DNA of 41,231 bases from NCBI GenBank assembly GCA_964471415.1, contig CAYYHF010000001.1, positions 1 through 41,231 on the forward strand. Direction: 5' to 3'. A program made the position numbers and the translations under genes. Source of the stretch: an uncultured Clostridia bacterium. Its GTDB lineage: Bacteria > Bacillota > DTU025. This document shows, piece by piece, positions 34,671 through 41,231 of this stretch. The notes below the pieces were generated by a model that ran no database searches, was not told where the DNA came from, and worked only from the letters and a program-made list of their open reading frames with translations. The stretch's first letter is position 1, and every line of letters begins with the position of its first letter.

Positions 34671-35976
34671 GCCGCTAGTGGCAATTGTTGGTCGGCCCAA
34701 CGTGGGCAAATCGGCCCTTTTCAACAGGATCATTCGAACGCGGGCTTCCATAGTCGACGACACGCCCGGAATCACGCGTGATCGCCTCTATGCGCAGGCC
34801 CAGTGGTGTGGGCGTAGCTTCACCCTGGTCGATACGGGAGGCATCGAGGCCTGCCCGGCGGGCGATGGCATCGCAGCGCAGGTTGGAAGGCAGGCGCAAA
34901 TGGCGATTGAGGAGGCCGACACCATCCTGTTCGTGGTTGACGCGCGCACTGGGCTGACCAGCGAGGATGATGATGTAGCCGACATTCTGCGCAAGTCGGG
35001 TAAGCCCGTCATCGTGGCGGCCAGCAAGGTTGATGACCCATCCCACATGGATTGGGGTCTGTACTCTTTGGGCTTGGGCGAACTCGTTCCAACATCGGCC
35101 ATACACGGCATCGGCATCGCGGATTTGCTCGACGCAGTCGTGCAGTCATTGCCTGACGATGAGGCTCAGCCCAAGCAGGATGAGGACATGGTCAGGGTAG
35201 CTGTCATAGGCCGGCCCAACGTGGGCAAGTCATCGCTGGTCAACCGGATATTGGGAGAAGAACGCTCTATCGTGAGCGAGGTGCCCGGAACTACAAGGGA
35301 TGCTGTTGATGCCGTCTATGAATTCGAGGGCGCGAGATACATAATAGTAGATACGGCCGGCATCCGCAGGAGAGGACGTATCGACGCAGGCATCGAAAAC
35401 TACAGTGTCCTGCGAGCGTTGGCAGCCGTCGAGAGATGCGATGTGGCAATAACCGTGGTTGACGGAACCGAGGAACCATCCGCTCAAGACACGAAGATAG
35501 CTGGGCATGCCCATGAAGCCGGAAAGGCGGCCGTAGTTGCCGTCAACAAATGGGACATAGTGGATCGAGATGACACTACTGCTCGGAAGTTCGAACAGAA
35601 GTTGCGATCTCTTCTGGACTTTATGCCGTACGCTCCTGTGCTGTTCGTGTCGGCGCTCACCGGAAGAAGGATAGGGAATCTGCTTGCGGCCGTTGCGGCC
35701 GGCGCCGCTCAGTACAGAAGAAGAGTGTCCACTGCCATGGTCAACCGAGTCGTACAAGACGCGGTGCTTCGGAATCCCCCGCCGCCTGATCGCGGCAGAG
35801 AGGTCCGAGTGTACTATGCCACTCAGGTAGCGGTCGGGCCGCCGCAGTTCGCCGTGTGGGTGAACCGCCCTGAGTGCGTTCATTTCTCGTATAAGCGCTA
35901 CTTGGAGAATGTATTGCGCGATGCGTTCGGTTTCTACGGAACGCCCATTCGGGTCCTGCTTAGGCAGAGGGATTAG
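34663..35976 (+). CDS. der: ribosome biogenesis GTPase Der (EngA)
   Basis: It has two tandem GTPase domains (GRPNVGKSALFN...DTGG and GRPNVGKSSLVN...DTAG, NKWD) and a C-terminal KH-like domain. Confidence 0.93.
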   Translation: MARPLVAIVGRPNVGKSALFNRIIRTRASIVDDTPGITRDRLYAQAQWCGRSFTLVDTGGIEACPAGDGIAAQVGRQAQMAIEEADTILFVVDARTGLTSEDDDVADILRKSGKPVIVAASKVDDPSHMDWGLYSLGLGELVPTSAIHGIGIADLLDAVVQSLPDDEAQPKQDEDMVRVAVIGRPNVGKSSLVNRILGEERSIVSEVPGTTRDAVDAVYEFEGARYIIVDTAGIRRRGRIDAGIENYSVLRALAAVERCDVAITVVDGTEEPSAQDTKIAGHAHEAGKAAVVAVNKWDIVDRDDTTARKFEQKLRSLLDFMPYAPVLFVSALTGRRIGNLLAAVAAGAAQYRRRVSTAMVNRVVQDAVLRNPPPPDRGREVRVYYATQVAVGPPQFAVWVNRPECVHFSYKRYLENVLRDAFGFYGTPIRVLLRQRD

Positions 35977-35991
35977 CATTGGCAAAGGCTG

Positions 35992-36600
35992 GTGAAGGTC
36001 ATGAGTCTCCAACCGTTGCTGGTTGTGGCCCTATCATACCTTATCGGATCGATTCCGTTCGGGGTGATTCTCGGAAGCCGGCTGGCCGGCGTGGACGTGC
36101 GCAAATGCGGAAGCGGCAATACCGGCGCCGCCAACGTCCTGAGAACACTTGGTCTGCCTTTTGCGATGTCCACTTTCTTGCTCGACACGCTCAAGGGCGC
36201 CGCTGCGGTGTGGATGTCCCGTACGGCCGGGCTCGGCCCCGGCTGGACCGCCGCGGCCGGCGCGGCTGCGGTAGCTGGCCATAACTGGCCTGTTTGGCTG
36301 CGGTTCAGGGGCGGCAAGGGTATCGCCACCACATTCGGGTTTGTGCTGGCCACCATGCCGCCAGTAGGCGCGATGATGGCCGTGATTTGGGCCGTTGTCG
36401 TAGCCGTATGCCGGTATGCCTCTGTCGGTTCCATGGTAGGTGTGGCGGCCACCCCGCTCGCTGCCTGGCTTTTGGCCTACCCCCGGGAGTATGTCGCGGT
36501 ATGCGTGCTTTTGGCCCTGAGCGCCGTCATCAGACATAGGTCCAACATCAGGCGACTCGCGACCAATACGGAGAGCAAGTTCGGAGTGAGGCTCAGGTAA
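35992..36600 (+). CDS. plsY: glycerol-3-phosphate acyltransferase PlsY
   Basis: SYLIGSIPFGVILG, GSGNTGAANVLR, GHNWPVWLRFRGGKGIAT and RHRSNIRRL are PlsY signatures. The start is GTG at 35992 or ATG at 36001. Confidence 0.9.
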   Translation: MKVMSLQPLLVVALSYLIGSIPFGVILGSRLAGVDVRKCGSGNTGAANVLRTLGLPFAMSTFLLDTLKGAAAVWMSRTAGLGPGWTAAAGAAAVAGHNWPVWLRFRGGKGIATTFGFVLATMPPVGAMMAVIWAVVVAVCRYASVGSMVGVAATPLAAWLLAYPREYVAVCVLLALSAVIRHRSNIRRLATNTESKFGVRLR

Positions 36601-36672
36601 GTCTGGGCAGGAATCAGCTGCTCCATCGTCGAATTACTGATCACTTTACCCCGAAGTCGGCATGCCCCGGGG

Positions 36673-37578
36673 GTGGATTGGTTGTCTTCAACATACGAAG
36701 AATGCGAGTGCATCCACGCCCTCCTTGAGCAGCTGGAGGCCATTGAGCGCGAATTGGCCTGCGTGGATCCGTTGCGCCGTGATAAGGCGGTCGAACAGGT
36801 GGCCAGCCTCAGGAGTCAACTGCTGGATGTTCTTGCAGATGTTCTTGCCAGAGGCAACGGCGCCATGCGATGCGCTGCCGCATACGGTCTGTCCAAATTG
36901 CGCGATGCACATTCAGTTCCGCTGCTTGTCGCGGCCCTTGGCGATTCGGACGAGGCCGTGCGAGGGTGGGCGGTAGAGGCTCTTGCTGCATGTAATGGTT
37001 CGCTAGTGGTGGGTCCGCTCGTGCGTGCGTTGGCCGACCGGAGCGTATATGTGTATTACAGCGCATACAACGCGCTGAAGTCGATCACTGTCGACGATGT
37101 CTGGCCTGCCCTGGAAGAGCACTTGCAGTCGCCTGAGGCTACAGTAAGAAAGCGCATCGCCAAGCTCCTGGGCGACATGGGAGAGCACAAGGCCGTGCCC
37201 CACCTGGTCAGCCTCACTGTGGATCCCGACTCCGGGGTCCGGTACGAGGCCGTGGAGGCTTTGCGCAAGATCGGCGACAGCCGCGCCGTGGATGCGCTCA
37301 TACGGTGCCTCAGCGATGAATCGCACGAAGTGAGATGCGGCGCGGTTCAGGCGCTCCGATGGGCCGGCGACTTGCGTGCTGTGGAGCCCCTCGTTGCAGT
37401 GTGCGTTGAGAACGAGGAACTTCGCCTTCTGGCAATACAGGCCTTGCGAGAAATCGTGGGAGATCAAGCCATAAGCCCGGTAGTGCATGCGCTTCGCAAG
37501 TCTCGCGAGCTAGTACGCGCCACCGCGACCGAAGTACTCGACTTGACACAGCGACCTAAGAGGGTCGGCGTCAGCTAA
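36673..37578 (+). CDS. HEAT-repeat (PBS-lyase type) protein, function unknown
   Basis: 301 aa with about 7 repeats of a ~31-aa unit of the form AVxxLxxxLxDxxxxVRxxAxxALGxIGDxR. Examples are SVPLLVAALGDSDEAVRGWAVEAL, AVPHLVSLTVDPDSGVRYEAVEALRKIGDSR and AVDALIRCLSDESHEVRCGAVQAL. The start codon is uncertain. Confidence 0.7.
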   Translation: MDWLSSTYEECECIHALLEQLEAIERELACVDPLRRDKAVEQVASLRSQLLDVLADVLARGNGAMRCAAAYGLSKLRDAHSVPLLVAALGDSDEAVRGWAVEALAACNGSLVVGPLVRALADRSVYVYYSAYNALKSITVDDVWPALEEHLQSPEATVRKRIAKLLGDMGEHKAVPHLVSLTVDPDSGVRYEAVEALRKIGDSRAVDALIRCLSDESHEVRCGAVQALRWAGDLRAVEPLVAVCVENEELRLLAIQALREIVGDQAISPVVHALRKSRELVRATATEVLDLTQRPKRVGVS

Positions 37579-37604
37579 GCCAAATCACGGAGGATAACCT
37601 TGCA

Positions 37605-38285
37605 ATGAATCTGTTCCTGCGCAATATGGGGCTATTGCTCCTAGCTACTCTTCTTGGCGCAATCATCGGGCTTGACCGCGAAAGGCAGGGCAAGTCCGCC
37701 GGCCTGCGCACACACTCCCTCGTCTGCCTGGGGTCAGCGCTCATCACCATGGTTGGGATCTACGGGTTTGGGCCGTTCGGCGGGGGGCTGCGCGATCCCG
37801 CGCGACTCGCTGCCCAGATAGTAAGCGGCATCGGCTTTCTGGGCGCAGGGACGATAATGCATGAAGGCTTGACCATCAAGGGACTGACCACTGCAGCCAG
37901 TCTGTGGACTACTGCAGGTATTGGACTGGCGGCCGGCACCGGCCTAGTATGGCCGGCTATAGCCGCCACTGCCCTGGTTCAGGTAGTGCTGGTCCTTTTC
38001 AATCGGCTTGAGGAGAAATACCTCCCTCGCCGCGGCACCGTGCTTCGAATAACCGCCATTGATAGGCCCGGCTTGCTAGGAGAGATCGCAACGATCGTTG
38101 GCAGTCTACATCTGAATATTGTGGCCACCGATATGGAGCTTGATCGCGGCGATTCAGTGGTCCGTATCGAAATCGTCATGGGGCGCACCGTTCCATCGGC
38201 TGCCAGCCATACGCTCCATTCTGACCTGCTTCAGAGGATCCTAGCTCTGTCGGGGGTTCTGAGGGCAGAGGTCGACAACTGGTAG
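37605..38285 (+). CDS. mgtC: MgtC/SapB family membrane protein with C-terminal ACT-like domain
   Basis: GAIIGLDRERQGKSAGLRTHSLVCLGSAL, GIGFLGAGTI and LTTAASLWTTAGIGLAAG are MgtC signatures. The soluble C-terminal domain contains LRITAIDRPGLLGEIA. Confidence 0.85.
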   Translation: MNLFLRNMGLLLLATLLGAIIGLDRERQGKSAGLRTHSLVCLGSALITMVGIYGFGPFGGGLRDPARLAAQIVSGIGFLGAGTIMHEGLTIKGLTTAASLWTTAGIGLAAGTGLVWPAIAATALVQVVLVLFNRLEEKYLPRRGTVLRITAIDRPGLLGEIATIVGSLHLNIVATDMELDRGDSVVRIEIVMGRTVPSAASHTLHSDLLQRILALSGVLRAEVDNW

Positions 38286-38293
38286 GAGGAGGT

Positions 38294-39061
38294 ATGCCTA
38301 TCTTCCGAGTCCTTCTTTCCAATGACGATGGCATTGCTGCGCCGGGACTTTTGGCCCTGGCGCGATCAGTATGCGACATCGGCGGCGATGTCTGGGTGTG
38401 TGCGCCGGACCGGGAATGCAGCGCCATCAGCCACGCGCTGACCATGCGGGCGCCCCTTAGGGTCCATTGCGTACAGCTGCCCGGGCTGTCCGCGACCGCC
38501 TGGTCGGTGGACGGAAGCCCTGCCGATTGCGTAAAACTGGCTCTGGAGGAGCTATTGCCCGAAAAGCCTGATGTGGTATTAGCAGGCGTTAACCGCGGGC
38601 CCAACTTAGGTACCGATATCCTCTACTCAGGTACGGTGGCCGCTGCAGCGGAGGGCGCGCTGGCGGGAATACCATCTATCGCGGTATCAACCGCCTCCTA
38701 CGATCCTTCCGACTATTCTGCTGCGGCCGGCGTAGGCGCAACCTTGGCTCGCCTGGCGGCCTTGCGTGGGCTTCCACACGGAGTAGTCCTCAACGTGAAT
38801 GTACCCGAAGGGGCAAACCCGGGCAGAATAGCGATTACAAGGATGGGTGTGCAGCGCTACTCGGACATCTTCGAGCGCCGAGTCGACCCTAGGGGCGAGA
38901 TCTACTACTGGCTCTGCGGCAACCCCGAGGCGCCGGAGCCCGGCAACGGCCTCGATACCGATGCGGTAGCTTCGGGTGCGGTGTCGGTGTCGCCGATCAG
39001 GTTCGACATGACTGACAACGCGGCATTGGAGATGTTGCGCGGGTGGGACATTCGCATATAG
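38294..39061 (+). CDS. surE: 5'/3'-nucleotidase SurE
   Basis: (M)PIFRVLLSNDDGIAAPGL, SAISHALT, GVNRGPNLGTDILYSGTVAAAAEG and NVNVP are SurE signatures. Confidence 0.92.
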   Translation: MPIFRVLLSNDDGIAAPGLLALARSVCDIGGDVWVCAPDRECSAISHALTMRAPLRVHCVQLPGLSATAWSVDGSPADCVKLALEELLPEKPDVVLAGVNRGPNLGTDILYSGTVAAAAEGALAGIPSIAVSTASYDPSDYSAAAGVGATLARLAALRGLPHGVVLNVNVPEGANPGRIAITRMGVQRYSDIFERRVDPRGEIYYWLCGNPEAPEPGNGLDTDAVASGAVSVSPIRFDMTDNAALEMLRGWDIRI

Positions 39062-39090
39062 CTCCGCATAGCATAGACCGGTGATGCGCT

Positions 39091-39303
39091 GTGGGATACT
39101 ACTTGACTTTGGCGTCTGCGCTGGCGGCCGCGATTGCTCTTCTGGTGGTATTGGCCAAGTCCCGAGAGGCCGATGACCCCAAGTGGCGGCACGCCGCCAT
39201 GGCGCGCGGATTCTTGTTGGCGGCGGGCGTAGCCTATGTTCTCCTGGCATGCCGCGCCACGGTGATGGTGTTCCGGGAGGTCTTCAGCTGCTGGCCGAAG
39301 TGA
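39091..39303 (+). CDS. small hypothetical two-TM membrane protein
   Basis: 70-aa ORF (GTG start) with two hydrophobic segments separated by a charged loop (KSREADDPKWRH). It fits exactly into the surE-ddl gap. No family is recognised, so coding status is uncertain. Confidence 0.3.
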   Translation: MGYYLTLASALAAAIALLVVLAKSREADDPKWRHAAMARGFLLAAGVAYVLLACRATVMVFREVFSCWPK

Positions 39304-39343
39304 CCGATTACTGATGGTGGTGAGGTTATTGACCCATAGCAAA

Positions 39344-40261
39344 ATGAAGGTAGGCCTGCTCCAAGGGGGTTCTTCCAGCGAAAGGGAGATCTCGCTCAGG
39401 TCGGGCGCACAGGTAGAGGCGGCTCTGCGCCGACTCGGGCATGAAGTGGTAGTCATCGATCCTGCAAGAGACGGCGTGGAGATGCTGGTTGAATCCCGGC
39501 CGGATGCGGTTTTCATCGCGTTGCATGGTCGCTACGGGGAGGACGGCTGCGTCCAGGGCGCCCTGGAGATGCTGGGGATTCCATACACAGGCTCCCGCGT
39601 GCTGGCCAGCTCAGTTGCGATGGACAAGACGGTCTCCAAGGTACTGTTCGCCGCGGCCGACATCCCGACTCCGCCCTACGTGATCGTGCGCCGCAGCGAC
39701 GATCCCGAGCTCGCGCGTGAGCGCGCCCAAGGCATCGGACTTCCGTTCGTTGTCAAGCCTTCGTCACAGGGATCCACGGTGGGCATCACGATAGTGAAGG
39801 ATACGGCCGCCCTTGCAGGCGCGCTTGGGCTCGCTTTTAGATATGATCCGGAGGCGCTTATCGAGAAGCATGTCGCCGGCGTCGAGGTAACCGTGGGCGT
39901 ACTGGGCACACGCACTCCGCGTGCCCTTCCTACGCTGGAGATCGTGCCCAAGAACGAGTTCTATGACTGGGAATCCAAGTACGCGCCCGGCGGCTCTCGG
40001 CATGTCATACCCGCCAGAATACCCGATGCCTCTCGTGCAGAGTGTGAAAGGCTTGCGGTGCAGGCCCACGTCTCGCTCAAGTGCCGCGGTTATTCCAGAG
40101 TAGACATGATAGTCGAACCTTCGGGCGCAGTATGGGTCATCGAGGTGAATACACTCCCAGGACTCACCGAAGTCAGCCTGTTGCCCGATGCTGCAAAAGC
40201 TATGGGCATCTCCTTCGACCAACTCATACAGGTCATCCTGAGCAGCGCTTTTGACGAGTAG
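39344..40261 (+). CDS. ddl: D-alanine--D-alanine ligase
   Basis: MKVGLLQGGSSSEREISLRSG, ALHGRYGEDGCVQGALEMLGIPYTG, VKPSSQGSTVGI and EVNTLPGLTEVSL are Ddl signatures. The ATG at 39314 is a possible longer start. Confidence 0.92.
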   Translation: MKVGLLQGGSSSEREISLRSGAQVEAALRRLGHEVVVIDPARDGVEMLVESRPDAVFIALHGRYGEDGCVQGALEMLGIPYTGSRVLASSVAMDKTVSKVLFAAADIPTPPYVIVRRSDDPELARERAQGIGLPFVVKPSSQGSTVGITIVKDTAALAGALGLAFRYDPEALIEKHVAGVEVTVGVLGTRTPRALPTLEIVPKNEFYDWESKYAPGGSRHVIPARIPDASRAECERLAVQAHVSLKCRGYSRVDMIVEPSGAVWVIEVNTLPGLTEVSLLPDAAKAMGISFDQLIQVILSSAFDE

Positions 40262-40279
40262 CTGGTTTTCTTCAGTATG

Positions 40280-40322
40280 TTGACAGCCGACAGCCCAACG
40301 GCTATCGGCTATCGGCTGTCAA
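40280..40322 (+). promoter_or_regulatory. Perfect 11-bp inverted repeat (imperfect ~15-bp hairpin) with tandem heptamers between ddl and the sigma-54 activator gene
   Basis: TTGACAGCCGA (40280-40290) pairs with TCGGCTGTCAA (40312-40322). An inner AGCC/GGCT pairing extends the stem. The right half contains GCTATCG GCTATCG GCTGTCA in tandem (40301-40321). A TATAAT box follows at 40340-40345. This could be a ddl terminator without a U-tract or an operator. Confidence 0.4.
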
Positions 40323-40395
40323 TTGGCCCCTACGTACGATATAATGCGGGTGGGCGCCGATACGTGGGCACCGAGCGCCGTTGTTGGGGAGGGGA

Positions 40396-41231
40396 ATGCC
40401 GGTGCGCGAACCCGCAATCGACCTAGAGCACCTCAGCGCAGACCTCAGGGTGGTCCTCGACTCCATCAATGAAGGTGTACATATAGTCGACACAAGCGGC
40501 GTCACCGTCTTCTACAATGGGGTGGCTGCGGCTCTCGATAATCTCAATCCGGCCGAAGTGGTAGGCCATCACATCTTGTCCGTGTTCCCATCGCTGTCCG
40601 AGGACACCAGCACTCTCCTGTCAGTTCTGCGTACTGGTCGTCCGGCGCCCGTGCGTCAGCAGACGTTCGCGAACTTCAAAGGCGACACCATCACCACCAT
40701 CAACTCGACGCTTCCCATTTATAGCGGGGCAAAGCTGGTCGGGGCCATCGAGGTCTCGCGCGATGTCACGCTAGTGAAAACACTCGCAGAACGTGTCGTG
40801 GACCTCCAGGCTCAGCTGCTGGCTGAGGGCGATGGCGCGGCGGCAGCCGGAAGGCGCCTATCGGGAGCAGGAGAGGCCAGGTACACCTTCGATGATGTCG
40901 TTGCGGCAAGCCAGTCCATGCGGCAAGTAGTGGAGCGAGCTAAGCGAGCGGCCGCGGGCAGTTCCTCCGTAATCGTTGGGGGCGAAACAGGAACCGGAAA
41001 GGAAGTCATAGTCCAGTCCATACACAATGCGGGGGCGAGAGCCGGCCGGCCGTTCATTGCCCAAAATTGTGCGGCTCTTCCCGATACCCTGCTTGAGGGG
41101 ATTCTTTTCGGAACAGCGAAGGGCGCGTTTACGGGAGCGTCCAACCGTCCCGGCCTGTTCGAGGTGGCCAATCACGGTACGATCTTCCTGGACGAGGTAG
41201 ATGCGATGCCCTTGTCGCTTCAGGCTAAGCT
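40396..41231 (+). CDS. PAS domain / sigma-54-dependent transcriptional activator (enhancer-binding protein), 3' end outside the window
   Basis: The ATG at 40396 follows GGGGAGGGG, and the frame is open to the window end (not in the ORF track because it has no stop). There is an N-terminal PAS-like region (VLDSINEGVHIVDTSGVTVFYN). The AAA+ sigma-54 interaction domain follows, with Walker A GETGTGKE, the GAFTGA loop and Walker B IFLDEV. Confidence 0.88.
   Translation, partial: MPVREPAIDLEHLSADLRVVLDSINEGVHIVDTSGVTVFYNGVAAALDNLNPAEVVGHHILSVFPSLSEDTSTLLSVLRTGRPAPVRQQTFANFKGDTITTINSTLPIYSGAKLVGAIEVSRDVTLVKTLAERVVDLQAQLLAEGDGAAAAGRRLSGAGEARYTFDDVVAASQSMRQVVERAKRAAAGSSSVIVGGETGTGKEVIVQSIHNAGARAGRPFIAQNCAALPDTLLEGILFGTAKGAFTGASNRPGLFEVANHGTIFLDEVDAMPLSLQAK

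Noticed and set aside
1-41231. CRISPR arrays, tRNA/rRNA genes, IS elements, and toxin-antitoxin or defence-island signatures.
   Set aside because: No spaced direct-repeat arrays, no cloverleaf-sized conserved intergenic segments (the largest gaps are 173, 159 and 134 bp) and no transposase- or integrase-like ORFs apart from xerD. The window reads as conserved core genome.

Overview
This is a GC-rich chromosomal backbone segment from an endospore-forming Firmicute with a Clostridia-like gene order. All roughly 48 genes I can support lie on the + strand. Many are joined by ATGA or short overlaps, so the window reads as a string of co-directional operons. I found no tRNA or rRNA genes, no CRISPR array, and no transposase or prophage signature.

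Gene content in order:
- 1-501: 3' end of panB.
- 675-6421: a 2-oxoacid fermentation operon. It has two butyrate-kinase paralogs flanking one phosphate butyryltransferase, followed by a four-subunit 2-oxoacid:ferredoxin oxidoreductase.
- 6505-9368: DUF3866, a NUDIX hydrolase and an EndoQ-like PHP nuclease.
- 9416-13637: spoIIM, xerD, deoB and pdp.
- 13757-18416: the forespore block dacF, spoIIAA, spoIIAB, sigF, then spoVAC, spoVAD, spoVAE.
- 18413-20513: two paralogous dehydratase-like proteins of unknown function (acyl-CoA dehydratase activase-related, DUF2229 type), translationally coupled to spoVAE.
- 20500-27722: M50 peptidase, trpS, scpA, scpB, ytfI-like, ytfJ, ktrA, rluB, a BaiN/HI0933-type flavoprotein and a hypothetical membrane-anchored protein.
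- 27814-32184: cmk, plsC, tal, and an IspH-ribosomal protein S1 fusion with a long acidic repeat linker.
- 32344-40261: a parvulin PPIase, a PDZ/radical-SAM-like DUF512 protein, der, plsY, a HEAT-repeat protein, mgtC, surE, a small membrane protein and ddl.
- 40396-41231: the 5' part of a PAS/sigma-54 enhancer-binding protein, running off the window.

My assessment is that this is mostly ordinary, conserved core genome. The best candidate for something undescribed is the DUF2229 gene pair embedded in the spoVA operon.

Other points worth a second look:
- Two genes (spoVAE and scpB) have conserved N-termini upstream of any ATG, GTG or TTG codon.
- There are consensus-quality sigma-G and sigma-H promoter matches exactly where the Bacillus paradigm predicts them.
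- The buk-ptb-buk arrangement is unusual.
- The IspH-S1 linker is atypically long and repetitive.

All family assignments come from reading motifs in the translations. No database search was run.
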